Shown here: one piece after another, positions 1-13,360 of the stretch
How the letters are laid out: the number at the start of each line of letters is the position of its first letter
Numbering within the stretch: position 1 is the stretch's first letter
NCBI GenBank assembly: GCA_030704615.1
Contig: CM060733.1
Location: 64,294,001-64,358,000, forward strand
DNA from: Takakia lepidozioides
Lineage: Eukaryota > Plantae > Bryophyta
Length of the DNA stretch: 64,000 nt
Direction: 5' to 3'
The notes under the pieces: model-generated
The model's database searches: none
Told to the model about the DNA's origin: nothing
Seen by the model: the letters and a program-made list of their open reading frames with translations, nothing else
Program-made: the position numbers and the translations under genes

Positions 1-468
1 TCTCATTACTGACAGGGGTACCCAATTTACTAGCTTGTTTTGGAAAAGTCTATTTGGTTTTTTTAAAACCAAATTAGCTATGTCAACAGCATATCATCCT
101 GAGTCAGATGGACAGACAGAGCGAGCGAATCGTACAATTGAAGACATGTTGCGGGCCTTTACGTTAGAAGAACAAGAAGAGTGGGATTGGTTATTACCTT
201 TGGTAGAATTTTTGTACAATAATTCGATCAAGGCGTCAACCAAAGAGATTTTTTTTTTTTAATGTATGGCGTGCCAACAACTCTTACAAAGTTCAAGTTA
301 CCAAATGAAGAGTTATCCAAGGTAGCCGCGACTAACGCATTTGTGCAACAAATTCGACGGAGAGTACGTCAAGCTAAAGATAAGCTGATGGTTGCCCAAA
401 ATCGACAAAAGCAGTATGCAAATGCACATCGACGGGATGAGGAGTTTGCAGTCGGGGATCAAGTGTGT

Positions 469-1197
469 TGTCGCGGCCCTTTGCCTTGAGGGCAGGGGGT
501 CGGGACACATGAGGGGCTGCCCCTGTGGTGGGGGCAGCGGCAGCGATAGGTATGGGGGGGCTGAAGCACCCTTGAGTGCCCAAGGCACTCAAGGAGGCGG
601 AGGCGCTCACTAGGTGGAGCCCCGCACACCGGGTTGCGGTGGGGGTGGCTCCACAAGGGGTGGTGGTAGCTTAGCGGGACTTAGTGGGGGTGGCATAGGA
701 CTCACCATGGGGGCGGAGACCTCGTGGTGGGAGTCGTGGGGAGTCTTGGGACTCATCACGGTCCAGAGGGGCCGTGGTGAGTGGGCCAAGACTCACCGCG
801 ACTCATCACCGGGAGTCGAGGGTTTTCGTGGTGGTTCGCCATAAAATGGCATGGCTGGTTGTGAAACCCCGCGGACAGCTACAGAAGTATATATAAGGGG
901 AGTAGTGACCCCGAGAACGGTGCAAGCCCGTTGGTGACCAAAAACTAGTGAGTAAGCGAGCGAGCCGGAAAGCGACCAAAGAGTGGGGAGCTGTTCCGGA
1001 CTGCCATCTACCAAAGGGAATTCTCCTAGGCCCAAATAGGTGGAGGGTTTAGTGGGAAGCAAAGGGGGGACCGTTATATCCCGGTGAGCAGCCGAAGCTC
1101 CAAGTTGGCCCGGGCGGCCAGGTTGGGAGTCAGGCGCGCGCATCGGAGCGAGTAACTATGACTTGAAGGGGAGCTTACCGAAGTGAGGTGCGCGACA
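469..1197 (+). repeat. 5' LTR of element B
   Basis: TGTCGCG...CGCGACA inverted termini; near-identical to 6201-6929; TATA-like TATATAAG near 890. Confidence 0.96.
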
Positions 1198-4100
1198 CTT
1201 GGTATCAGAGCTTATAGTTCAGTACGCGATCGTCCTTGGGATTGGCCTCATCATGGGGTCGGGCAAGTCAAAGCGAAAGCGGAACGGCCCAAAGATGATG
1301 ATCCTGGTGAGCCCGATGGGGGCGACGTGTCACCGAAGCGGCCGTTTGAGGAAGCGACGCAGGTTTCTGAGAGCGAGGCCGCTCAAGAGCGGGAAGAATC
1401 CGAGGAGTCGGAGCCCAAGGAATCCGTGAGAGCTCCGACCGACCAACAGATGCCAGCCTTTTGGGAAGGGTTGTTGGCGCAGTTTGGCGGGACGTTGAAA
1501 GACGTGTTGAAGGCGGCTAATGCCACTTCCACTCAGGCAAAGTTTAAAGTGAAGCCTAAGGAACCCAGCACCTTCGAGGGCGTCCGAAATCGGAAGGCAC
1601 TCAACACCTGGCTCCTGGAGCTAGAGCAGTACTTCCGGGCGGCCAAGTTGAGTGACGAGGATCGGGTGGAAGTGGCTCCCACCTATTTGAGGGGCTATGC
1701 TCAACAATGGTGGCAGAAACGCCTTCACGACCGAGGCCCAAGCCCGGAAACCTTGAACTGGAGTGGGTTAAAGGAATTGATGAAGAGACAGTTTGTGCCC
1801 CTCAACGCGTCCTGGCTTGCCCGGGACAAGATGAGGAATTTGAAGCAAACAGATGACATTCGGGGGTATGTCCAGGCTTTCAATGTGCTGTTGCTCGAAG
1901 TCGCGGACATGGCAGAACCAGAAATGGTCTTCAACTTTGTGGCGGGACTGGCCCCATGGGCCAGGCGGAAGTTGGAGGAGAAGCCACCCAAGACTTTGAA
2001 CGAGGCAATTGAGAGGGCTGAATGTTTCTCGGATGTCCCTAGGGGTGAGAGACAAGGCCGTACGGAGCTGGACCACAAGAAGATCCGGCGGGAAGGTGAC
2101 TCCTTCCGACCGGAAAAGAAGTGGGATAGGCCACGCGGCGACAATGGCACGTGGAAATCGAAGGGAGGGCCTTCACACGTCAAGGCGACACCCGGTGCTT
2201 CGAAAGGAAAAGCGGGTGGAGTGGCTTATGGCGGACAGAAGGCAACCTTTGATGAAGTGTGTTTCAATTGCGGGGAGCCCGGGCACATGGCCAAGAAGTG
2301 CACAAAACCTCGACAATTGAACATGACTCGGGCAACCACGGAGCTGTTGGAAGATACCATCAGTCGCTTGGTGGAAGCGGTGGTCGCCAGGACTTGCAAG
2401 GTAGGCAACTATTTTTGTGAGTTGTATCAGGAAACTGGCGCCCTGCGTAAAGGGAGTCAGTTATTGTTCGTGGATGGGATAATATCCGGAACTAACGTGT
2501 CGTTGTTGGTGGACACAGGAGCGTCGCACTCCTTCATGACGCCAGCGGCGGCGCGAAAGTTGGGACTCCCGACAAGTGACGTGGGGGCCTCTATTGAGGT
2601 GCGCTCTGCCAAAGGAGAACCTCAGTTGGCGACAAGGTTGGCGTTTGATGTTCCTCTTCAACTGGGGAGTTGGGAGGGACGTGAGAACTTCACCATCTGC
2701 GAGATCGATGGAGTGGATCTCATTTTGGGGATGACCTTTTTGAGCAAATCCGGAGCGGTCATAGATGGCCGCAAGAGAGTAGTCACGCTGCCATGTGGGA
2801 ATGGTGGCGAGGTTTTACGAGTGTCGGAAACGCCCAAATCCGTGGGAGGGCGAATAAACCTTCTGTCAGCAAAGGAGTAGGCCGTGGAGGAGGCACACGA
2901 GCCCCAATTTTTGCTTTACATTAGAGAAGTGAAAGGAGAAGGCGATGGGGAGCCGAGCCCAGATTGGATCAAGGGGATTTTGGAGAAATACCAGGATGTG
3001 ATGCCGGAGGATTTACCAAGCGGCTTGCCACCGCGAAGAGGAGTTGACCACAAGATTGAGGTGATACCGGGATCGGAACCGCCTGCCAAAGCGCCCTACC
3101 GGTTGAGCCACAGAGAGTTGGTCGAGCTGAAGACTCAGCTCAAGGATCTAATGTCAAAGGGGTACATCCGGCCGAGTAAGTCACCTTACGGAGCCCCGGT
3201 GCTATTTGCAGACAAGAAGGATGGGACGCTGCAGATGTGTGTCGATTACAGGGCTCTGAATAAGGTGACTATCAAAAACCGGTACCCTTTGCCAAGGATC
3301 GACGACCTCTTCGATCGGTTGGCAGGAGCGAAGTATTTCAGCCGGATCGACTTGCGCTCCGGCTATCACCAAATTCGGGTGGCGGAAGGAGATGAGGAGA
3401 AGACCGCGTGCAGGACAAGGTATGGTTCATAGGAGTTCTTGGTGATGCCTTTTGGGCTCACCAATGCACCAGCGACATTTAGCACGCTGATGAACAGCAT
3501 TTTCCAGGAGTGGTTGGATGACTTTGTGATCGTGTACATCGACGACATCTTGGTGTACTCAAAAACAAAGGAGGAGCACCTGGAGCACCTGAAAAAGGTG
3601 TTCCAAAAATTGCGGGAAGGGAAGCTGTATGCCAAAGCTTCAAAGTGCGAATTCGGGGTCACAAAAGTGGAGTTCCTGGGGCATGTGATTACACAGGATG
3701 GGGTCAAAATGGATGACAGAAAGGTGAGGGCGATCTTGGACTGGGAGCCTCCGACTTCGGTCCCGGGAGTACGATCCTTCCTAGGACTCGCCTCCTATTA
3801 CCGGAAGTATGTGAGAAATTTCGCCAAGATTGCGGGGCCGCTGTCAGACCTTCTGTGTAAATCTAAAGTCTGGGCATGGAACACCTTTTGTGGCCAAGCT
3901 TTTGCTGAATTGAAGCAGCGGATGGCGGAAGCTCCAATCTTGAAAATCCCGGAGTTCGATCGTCCGTTCGAGATACACACAGATGCATCGGACTTTGTGA
4001 TTGGGGGTGTACTGATGCAAGATGGACGCCCAGTGACTTACGAAAGTAAGAAACTGAATGAAGTGGAGCGACGGTGGCCGACGCACGAGAAAGAGATGAA

Positions 4101-5340
4101 GGCGGTGGTGCACTGTCTTGAGCTTTGGCGCCACTATGTTGGTTCCAACCCAGTGAAGGTGTTCACGGACAATGTCACGGTGAAGTATTTTGCCACGCAG
4201 CCCAAGTTGTCCCCAAAACAACTTAGGTGGCAAGATACTTTGGCGGTGTTCGACGTGGATATCCAGTACAAACCGGGACGAGACAACGTGGTGGCCGATG
4301 CTTTAAGTAGAAAGCAGCAGCTCTTGTTGGTGTACAAGGGCGAGACGGCACTCCAAAGGAAGATCCGGAAGGCTTGCCGGAAGGATGAGCTGGCGAAGTC
4401 CATGATGCAGGACTTGAGGATGGGGGTTAAATCGCAGTTCCACTTGCAAAATGGACTGCTCCGGTATAAGCAAAAGCGTGTCTACGTGCCGAAGGGAGGG
4501 ATCAGAGATAGCCTCTTGAGAGAATGCCATAATAGCCCGCTTGCGGGCCACGGCGGAGCCAAGCGCACTGCGGCACTCTTGAAGAAAGAGTATTTCTGGC
4601 CCAAACTGAGGGAGGAGGCAGAGGAGTATGTCAAGACATGCACCACATGCCAACAAAACCGGAGCGAGTACAAAAAGCAAGCGGGGCTGTTACAACCCTT
4701 GCCGATTCCAGAGGGGACTTGGGAAAGCGTCTCGATGGATTTCATGACTGCTATGCCGCTGTCAAAAGGATTCGATGCAATCATGGTGGTGGGGGATATG
4801 TTCAGTAAAATGGGCCATTTCATCCCCACCAAGGAGACGGCAACGGCGCAGGAGACATGGCGACTTTACTTCGCCCACGTCTTAAAGCATCATGGAGTCC
4901 CGAAGGATATTGTCTCGGACCGCGATCCAAAGTTTACGAGTAAATTTTGGAGGGCACTTTGGAAGAAGATAGGGACGAGGCTGAAGATGAGCACCGCCTT
5001 CCGACCTACGACTGCCGGCAAACAGCAAGGTGCACCCAGTATTCCATGTCTCCTTTTTGAAGCCTTACTTCAAAGATGAAGCGCGTCCGAATCGGCATCA
5101 AGTGTTGCGTCCGCCACCTATGCTGTTGGATCATGAAATGAACCTGAGTACGAGGTGGAGGCAATACTTAAGTCGAGGAGGTTCAAGAACCGAGAAACGG
5201 AGTATCTCGTCAAATGGAAGGGCTATCATCATGTGGATGCATCTTGGGTGCGTGCCTCAGAAATGGGAAACGCATCCGAGGCGGTTGCAGCTTTCGAAGG
5301 GCGACCTCAAAGCGGAAGAAACGTTGATGGGACATCAACC
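1183..5340 (+). pseudogene. gag-pol of element B (Gag, CCHC knuckle, protease, RT, RNase H, integrase, chromodomain), inactivated
   Basis: [57 protein letters not shown]. In-frame TAG at 2878 and 3430; the integrase core is deleted near 5006. Confidence 0.95.
1200..1211 (+). promoter_or_regulatory. Primer binding site (tRNA-iMet)
   Basis: TGGTATCAGAGC 2 nt after the LTR end. Confidence 0.95.
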
Positions 5341-6200
5341 TTGGAGTGTGGGGGAGGAAATGCATGCTTAGCCCGGCTTAGCTAGCTTAGGAATCCGATT
5401 ACAAAAACTTGTATTGTACAAAAATTTGTTATAAAGGAAATGGGTTCCAAATGTTGTGCGTCCTATTTTGTTTGGAATGGTGATGCATGGTATGGTTGAC
5501 TAGTGTGTAGAATGCATGCTAGCTTATAAAAGTGGGAGAGGTAAATTGGGTTAATCGTGTGTTTGTGTAGTGCCGAAATCGGGTGACCCCCATCCAAGGG
5601 GCAAGGAAACTTGCGACTTCTTTGGGAGTTCACGTGCTAGTGCGCACCTGGCACGTGCGCGTACTATAATTGCGCTACCGAGGGGGTTGCCTTGTAGTGC
5701 GGGCTAACGCGGAAGCTACATGCTTCCGTTCACGTACTATAATCGTGTAGCCTCGGGACGAAGTCGTAGTGCGGCTTCGGCGTGTTCCCGTACCTCAGGC
5801 CAGCATTCCAAGGCGGACCCAATTGTAGTGATTGGGGCGCACGGTTGGTTCAAGGTTATCTTCCTAGTCAAAGAGGGTTCCAGGGAACCATTGCTCAAGG
5901 TGATGCCAAAAGCGACATCATGAGCGATCGCAAGCAATGTTGTTGCAGTAAGGCGATTCGATCCTCGGGGAGGATCGTTCCTTGGCCTTGAAGTAGCGGC
6001 TCCACCCTTGGCCGGGACTTGGAGGAAGTCGGCCGAACTAGCTAGTGGAGAGTAGAGTCAAGTGTGGGGTTTGGTTCTTTGCCATGGGACGCCATGGTAC
6101 GGAAACAAACTCCTTCATGTGGGACGCCACAACTTAGATGTTCGTTTCTACAAAATGGACAAGTCGATGAGGACATCGACTCCCTGTTGGTAGGGGTGTG

Positions 6201-6929
6201 TGTCGCAGCCCTTTGCCTTGAGGGCAGGGGGTCGGGACACATGAGGGGCTGCCCCTGTGGTGGGGGCAGCGGCAGCGATAGGTATGGGGGGGCTGAAGCA
6301 CCCTTGAGTGCCCAAGGCACTCAAGGAGGCGGAGGCGCTCACTAGGTGGAGCCCCGCACACCGGGTTGCGGTGGGGGTGGCTCCACAAGGGGTGGTGGTA
6401 GCTTAGCGGGACTAGTGGGGGTGGCATAGGACTCACCATGGGGGCGGAGACCTCGTGGTGGGAGTCGTGGGGAGTCTTGGGACTCATCACGGTCCAGAGG
6501 GGCCGTGGTGAGTGGGCCAAGACTCACCGCGACTCATCACCGGGAGTCGAGGGTTTTCGTGGTGGTTCGCCATAAAATGGCATGGCTGGTTGTGAAACCC
6601 CCGCGGACAGCTACAGAAGTATATATAAGGGGAGTAGTGACCCCGAGAACGGTGCAAAGCCGTTGGTGACCAAAAACTAGTGAGTAAGCGAGCGAGCCGG
6701 AAAGCGACCAAAGAGTGGGGAGCTGTTCCGGACTGCCATCTACCAAAGGGAATTCTCCTAGGCCCAAATAGGTGGAGGGTTTAGTGGGAAGCGAAGGGGG
6801 GACCGTTATGTCCCGGTGAGCAGCCGAAGCTCCAAGTTGGCCCGGGCGGCTAGGTTGGGAGTCAGGCACGCGCATCGGAGCAAGTAACTATGACTTGAAG
6901 GGGAGCTTACCGAAGTGAGGTGCACGACA
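6201..6929 (+). repeat. 3' LTR of element B
   Basis: Preceded by purine-rich GGTAGGGGTGTG and followed by the TSD TGTGT. Confidence 0.96.
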
Positions 6930-7130
6930 TGTGTTGTCTACATCCAATTTACAAATCATTGGATCGCGAAACTAGGGCCACGGTTCATTGGTCATTTTTC
7001 GATCATTAAACGTATTGGAGCAGTAGCATACAAACTGGAGTTACCATCACATATGAAGATCCACCCGGTGTTTCATGTTTCTCTATTACGTTGTTACAAA
7101 CCTCGACCATCAATATTCAAAGATAATCAA

Positions 7131-7373
7131 GAACCACAACCTTTACCAGAGTTGATAGACGGAAATGAAGAGTGGGAGGTTGACCGTGTTCTGAAAAAAT
7201 GCACGTACAAACGAGGGCGACATGAGGTGTTGGAGTATTTGGTTTTATGGAAATGATTTACATGTCGCCCTCATTTGTATGTGCATTTTTTCAGAACACG
7301 GTTGACCTCCCACTCTTCATTTCCTCCTATCAACTCTGGTAAAGGTTGTGGTTCCCAGGTATACCTGGGAACC
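7131..7373. repeat. Long inverted duplication (94-bp arms) plus 24-bp perfect palindrome inside the chromodomain of element A
   Basis: 7261-7354 is the reverse complement of 7131-7224 (about 6 mismatches). GGTTCCCAGGTATACCTGGGAACC at 7350-7373 is self-complementary. Confidence 0.92.
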
Positions 7374-7461
7374 GGTGCAAAATCTCGCAGATGCTCAATT
7401 GACAATTCAAGCTTTCGAAAATTCGAACAACGAGGATGTTGCTTTTTGAAGAGGGGAGGAT

Positions 7462-7850
7462 TGTAACAGGGTAGAATCTAGAAGGTTCTAGATGAAGGAG
7501 AAAAGTTCCTTAGAAGTTTCCAGAATAATTAGGAAGGTTCCTAAGAAGTTTGACTTAAAGAAGTTTGACTTAAAGAAGTTTGACTTGAGGCTCTCAAGTC
7601 AAACCTCTAATATATTCATATTATGGAGAGTAGGTCAAATCTTTGATAAAGTCATATTGTGGAGAATATGTCAAACCTAGGAAGGTTGACTTTAGGAAGT
7701 TTTGACTTAAGGCTCTCAAGTCAAACATTTAAAATAATCATATTGTGAAGGGTATATAAACTTGCAATGAAAGCCTAGAAGGCATCGAGTGTTTTGGGAA
7801 AAAGTTGACAAGCACTTCAATTATAGTATGTGTGGATCCTGGGTGTTACA
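7462..7850 (+). repeat. 3' LTR of element A
   Basis: TGTAACA...TGTTACA termini after the PPT; internal AAGAAGTTTGACTT repeats. Confidence 0.88.
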
Positions 7851-10800
7851 AAGGCCCAAAGAGAGCATTACACACATAACAGAGATGGAAAAGAAAAAGA
7901 ATAGGGTTGAAACTTGAGACCTGATTTCTGAGTCCCTCCTCGAAAATGCGAATTAATTTGGTCTGGTGCAAGTGAACGGTTTCCATTTCGACTAATAAGT
8001 GGTACTGAACAATACACATATCCTCTGATACAGATACAAGTTACACACAGACTTACAAACACTGATTCACACACACCTCCATCCCCTAAGAAGCTACTTA
8101 CTATGCACAAGCTGCTGGCCTCGCAACGTCGCTCAAGTCTTCCTGCCAAGCGTTCCACTTTTTCCGCCTTTAAGAAGTCCAGAAGTCAGGCTCCCCACAC
8201 AAATTGTATATACAGCACTCCTCTCTATTCATCGTAGTAATGCTCATGGGAATAACGCTCGCCACGCCGTCTTCTTGGATATGAGGACTTCCATTAGGGT
8301 TCGAGCTGCTACGCATCCCAACTTGAGATTCCGGGGATGGGAAGGAGAAAAAGGGCGGCCGTGACAACATGCGCATGCTCATGGTGCAAGCTCCTCCGAT
8401 GAATAGCACCAACTCCTCCACGCCCAGATCCCAGGGGCAGGACGACAAATGCCAGGCTTTTGCTAACAAGAGAGCAGGGAAGAAGAAACGACGACCGGCT
8501 TTCACCGGTCTCCAGCCATTTACCGGTGGCTGTTACTGGTTAAAAATACATTTCATAAAATTAAAAAAAAACAAATTAATATTTGATGCTCAGTAATATC
8601 AAGAGCAATGTTAACTAGTGAAGGTATATCTGTTATGTTTAGGTGTTTTTTGGTGAAGGTATATCGGGATCTTCTCCCATTTTGGCAGTGATGCGTGGTC
8701 TCCTCGTGGTCTCCTAGTCTTGAGGGAGGAGCCAACAAATTTGCTTGACAAATGATGACTTGTTTAACCTCCAAATAGGGTTTCGAGCACTTCAATTAGA
8801 AAGCTGACCATATCAATGGTGCAGGAGGTAGGGGATTGAGCACAGCGTGAGCACGAAAAAAAATTGTATGAGCAAAACCCACGGTTATAGAGGTCATACG
8901 CTCGCAAACGTAAATACAAGTCAAGGCCGACATAGAGTACTTCAACAAAAATGCGAGGAGTACCAAGATATATAGAGTTTAGGAGGGTAACAATTTTTTA
9001 TGAATATTTGAAATATTCTTCTTGCTTACGTAAGCAGGCTCACACCATGCTCTTGACGTAAGAAATGCGGAAGCAAATGATGGTCCACACCCATGCGTGA
9101 TCCTTGACGCTAGATGATCGTTTCTAGGTATAGAAGAGACTGCCATTGCAATCATTTCTTACATCGGGGTTGTAAGTACCCGGACCAGGACATAATTTTT
9201 TTGCTTTTTTCTCACTCAATGCCGGGATGGCAACGTCTTCCCGCGTTCTCCTACACATACATGCATACTTCGTACCTAAAGCCCTACTCTCTCGCTTCAG
9301 GCAAGCATCGTGTCGCTCAGTGGATTAAAGGGCTGTGCTGTAGAGTTGAAAGCGGCCTCCTCTTTGGCAATGTGCAAGTACTCATAATCTGCAAATGTCT
9401 CCATCTGCGATGACACATTGATAGGATTGAAATAGTGGTTGTCAAAGGATAGAGTCCATTGCATGTGGGGGCTATGGCGCCTTCAATGATGCCATTCAAA
9501 TTAGGTAATAACATGAAACACTTCGCGGTTTCTTTTTTCGGGATCCTTCTGTTTTATGTATCTCGCCATTTAGATCCGGGCTCGAAATTGTCTTTTGCAC
9601 AATCATGCACAAACGAAGGTTTTCGGGGCAAGGAAACAAAAAAAGCATACGGTGTCGTTAGACAAGACCGATAATTGGTATATCTGGCACATAGGTGAAC
9701 GCTCGAGCATAGAACAGTGCTCAAAGTGTGAGAAATTGGATTACTTAGACCCTATTGGTATTACCAAAAGTCAATATCAGACCAGTATTAGTTACTACCT
9801 TGTAGAGACCAATACCATAGTATATCACAGGTGTAGACTCCACCGGCTCTCCAGAGAAGGCCAAAATATCTATGTTCACCCTAGGATAGGTGGCGGATGA
9901 AGTTCATCTAGTTTCCTACCTACTGACAGAAATGGCTAATATATTTTCTCATCCATGGATAATTGGGTATTCCATCCATCCATCTTTGTTTATTGTTTTT
10001 TTTAGTATATATGAGTATCTTGGCTTATCCATCACTTCTTTGTCACTTCTTAGTTGATTGCGTCAAGCAATCTAGATGAGATCAAACTTAGAGTTCTAAG
10101 AGGTCATAGTCTTTGCTAGGCTTAGAAGGAGGCAAACAAGACAAAAAATCATAGTTGCTTGTGGCATAGAGCTTGCTAGAAGTATTAACAAAGCTTGGAG
10201 GAGGCAGCTAGTAGTGCTTGAGAAAGACTAGAGTGAGGGAGAGACCTATGCTCAAGAGCATTTGGGCCAAGTGTCATTTTATGAAGTGATAAAAGAAAGA
10301 CTAATTCCCCCAAAAGTGAATGTCATCTTGCAAACTTGGAGTGAGGTGATCCCCTAGGAGAGTATGGAGGTAGTATGCAACAAACCCCAAGGAGAGGTGA
10401 GCTACTAACCCCATCCAGTAGGTTTTGATAGCATCCATTGAACAAGTTGGGAGCACCTCAAAAGAGGAGAAAAGCTTATTTTTCATGTTTGTTTTGTTTG
10501 TGAGTTTCTTTATTTTGACAAGCCCCCACTAACCCCAAGAGAATAGTTATGAGAGCTTGGAAGAGAGTGTACTAACCCTTCAAAGACGGTATGTGTGTCT
10601 GAGTTGGTCTTCATTGCAATGGCAAGAGAGGACTAATCCCCATAGTGGCCAAGAGGCCCATGGGCATTTGATTTAAGTTGTGGGATTGAAGGATCTAACT
10701 TGGGGAGAACTAACCTTGTGTGGGAACTCTAATCAAGTGTCGAGTGTCTTCTAACCTTGGCCACTAGGCCCATCAGGGTGGAGTTGAGGATCATGCGCTT

Positions 10801-11305
10801 ATGTGGGAAACTAACAAGTTTTAGGCTTGTATAGGTGCATATGTGATGTGATTCCATTTCATTCCATATTTGAAGTGAGTTGAGTAGTTGAGAGGGTCAC
10901 TAACCAAGTCTCACTATGCTTAGCCACTAGGCGATACTAACTTGCTAGGAACCACCCCCCACATCCCATGAGAGAGAGAGAGAGAGAACGTGGAAGAGCT
11001 AGCAAGTAGTTTTTTGAAACAAATTCTTAGTCGCTGGAAAATTATTTTGCTTCTAGAATTAATTTACGGACCAAAAGTCTATTATGCTATGGCCTCCAAA
11101 GCTTAGTGAAGCTACAGAGGACCATAGCTAACTTGGGGAGGAACTAACTTGGGCTTAGCTCTTTTCTTTTGAAGATGGATTTGCAGGTCTGAATTATTTC
11201 ATGATTGGGCAGCCTTAATTAAGGCGCCAAGGTGGGATAGCCATGGCAATAGCCACATAGTGGCTATGGAGGAAGGCAGACTACAGCCCTGAAGAGTGTG
11301 GGAGC

Positions 11306-11578
11306 CAGTGTTTTTTTTTTCAAATTTTGAAAAGAACAGGACTGGCTACTGAGTTTTGCAGGAAGTAGCCATATTTTCTGCTCATCCACTGAAATTTGGA
11401 CAGAATCATCCTCCTCTGTACTTTCATCCATGTTAGGCGAATTCATCCAAGATTTATATTTTTTTTTGAGAATTTTGGCGATTTCATCCATGAGAAAACA
11501 GGGAATTTACGACAGAATATTCGATTTTGATTTTTGAGGTCGAAAAAGTGCGAAATTTCGCCAGAAATAAAAACACTG
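11306..11578. mobile_element. Non-autonomous hAT element (MITE)
   Basis: TIR CAGTGTTTTT...AAAAACACTG; 8-bp TSD GTGGGAGC on both sides; subterminal TCATCC motifs. Confidence 0.9.
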
Positions 11579-12779
11579 GTGGGAGCGTTGACCCTAGCAA
11601 AGCAAAGACGGCTGTACAGCCCAGCCACGCAGGCTGGGCATTCTCCATCCCAGCACTAATTAATCCCAGCGGACCCCGCGATTAGGGAATTCCAAAAAAA
11701 ACCATCAACGAGGAAAATCGTTGTTTTGGCTTGGGCCCGGGGGCAAGTCCCAAAGATTCCCTGGCCGTGTCCTCTACTCTTGGCCTGGGCCACAGGCCAA
11801 CGTGTCCTAAACCCAAGGCTGCCTAGGGTTATTCGGGGAACGCATTTGGGGAACGCATTTGCACGTTTTAGGAACGCATATATAATATCACCGTAATATA
11901 CATATGTACATATAGTCCAGCGAAGGGAAAACCTAGGGTTTTGGTTACCTCCCCTGTCGTTGCCACCACTGAAGTTTCCGTGCACTTGCCTAAGGTTGTC
12001 ATCTCCTTCCAAGAGGGTAGTTTTCTGCCCTGAATTTTCTGATCTTCCCATTTGTAAATGACATCTCTTCACCTCCTTATAGAAATTGAACACTCATCAC
12101 CCCCAATATAGGCATATACATTGTCTCTTACTGCCTTCAACAACTATATTAGCAAGCGCGGGTTGCTAGACATTGTGGGGTTGCTTCAGTTGACTCAAAT
12201 TTCACCTTCGGGTTTGTGAATTTCACTCTGGGATGCAGTTCGACATCACCACAGTCATCTTTCCCTTCTGTTTCCTCTAGGCATATGGAATGCGAATTCA
12301 TACATACATGGTGGCAACATTTCTGCTTCGGGAACAGGGTTTGTGGAGAAAGCTGGCAGTCAATGGTTACATTCCTCATTACTACTGGCAATAGCCAGCT
12401 CCCTAGCAGATCAAAACGTTGCTGCGCTTACTGACCTGATGCATGCCATCTGGATACAAAGGGATTAGATCCAAATAACACATCATGACTGCCAAATCAC
12501 ACCCATCTGAAACAGTCAAATGGCTCAGCTTTTGGAAGGAAAGGGGTTCCCACATAACTCCAAGGTTCTGGAAAAATATCAAGTATTGCATTCTTATGGT
12601 GACACGCCAACAGTTCAGACGAGGAGCTACCTATAGATAATGCATAAATTCTTACCTTGCTGCTAATAGCTGACAATGGCAGACTAAAGTATTTATGGCA
12701 AACACCCCAACTCTACTTATCGTAGACTAGTTCCTATGCTGAATTACTCCCAAGACTTTCAAAATGTGCCGGGGACTAG

Positions 12780-13360
12780 AGAGAGTCCAAGGATAATTTC
12801 CAAGATTTGCGAAAATAGCAAAGTGGGCTTTGTTGGAACAATGTCGTGGAGATCTCCCAAACTGCAGGGTGAGATCTGGATACATATGGGATTGCACTTG
12901 GACTTGGATGACACTGGAGGTTGCACTTGGGCCTCTATATGGGAAAAGCACTTGGATACATAGGAGATTGCACTTGGGCTTAGATTTCAATTCTTCACAC
13001 ATGGGCCAACCACACAGGCTAGCCTACTTGATGCCGTTGGAAAGCCCTTGATGAGGAGGGGTGCACCAGCTTGGTCTCATCATTTTTGGACCTGAGGTAT
13101 GGGAGATATCAAATTTCAAGTACTTTTGGTCGCTGGGAATTTGTGAGAAATAGCAAAGTGGGCTTTCCTGGAGCCATGAGAGGCCCTTCATGTGGGATAT
13201 TTGGAATTTCAATTGTTTCTGATATCCAACTTCAATTTAGTATATTGATTTCAATTCTTCACACATGGGCCTCGACATAGGAGACACACTTTGATACATA
13301 GGGGATTGCACTTGGTTTTCCGTTTCAATTCTTCACACATGGGCCAACGGCACAGGCTAC
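12780..13360. repeat. Degenerate local direct repeats
   Basis: Recurring blocks AAATAGCAAAGTGGGCTTT, GATACATA.G.GATTGCACTTGG and TTCAATTCTTCACACATGGGCC. Confidence 0.7.

Larger units (their letters stand above)
469..6929 (+). mobile_element. Full-length Ty3/gypsy chromovirus B, nested insertion
   Basis: Two 729-bp LTRs (TGTCGC...CGACA), 5-bp TSD TGTGT at 464-468 and 6930-6934, PBS, and gag-PR-RT-RH-INT-chromodomain order. Confidence 0.97.
1..7850 (+). mobile_element. Ty3/gypsy chromovirus A (3' half: integrase, chromodomain, PPT, 3' LTR), split by nested element B
   Basis: Integrase motifs STAYHPESDGQTERANRTIE (35-262) and AQNRQKQYANAHRR..GDQV stop at 468 and resume after 6934 with GP-F..VAYKLELP..IHPVFHVSLL and chromodomain EWEVDRVL..EYLVLWK. 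PPT GAGGGGAGGA at 7451-7460. Degenerate (frameshifts). Confidence 0.93.

Noticed and set aside
690-830. Repeated GACTC/GAGTC motifs and GTGATGAGTC in the LTR, suggesting a hammerhead ribozyme (retrozyme)
   Set aside because: No CTGATGA core with a correctly placed GAAA was found on either strand.
313-1143. Numerous GC-rich ORFs in the LTRs and antisense to pol
   Set aside because: These are shadow ORFs of GC-rich repeats with no recognisable domains.
2878-2880. TAG between protease and RT as programmed readthrough
   Set aside because: The paralog at about 40199 has TGG here and a second stop occurs at 3430, so these are mutations.
8836-9052. Possible MITE (GAGCACAGCGTGAGC / GCTCACACCATGCTC)
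   Set aside because: The TIR match is weak and there is no TSD.
10040-11200. LTR-like or retroelement non-coding sequence (also 38950-39500)
   Set aside because: No TG..CA ends, PBS, PPT or second copy could be defined.
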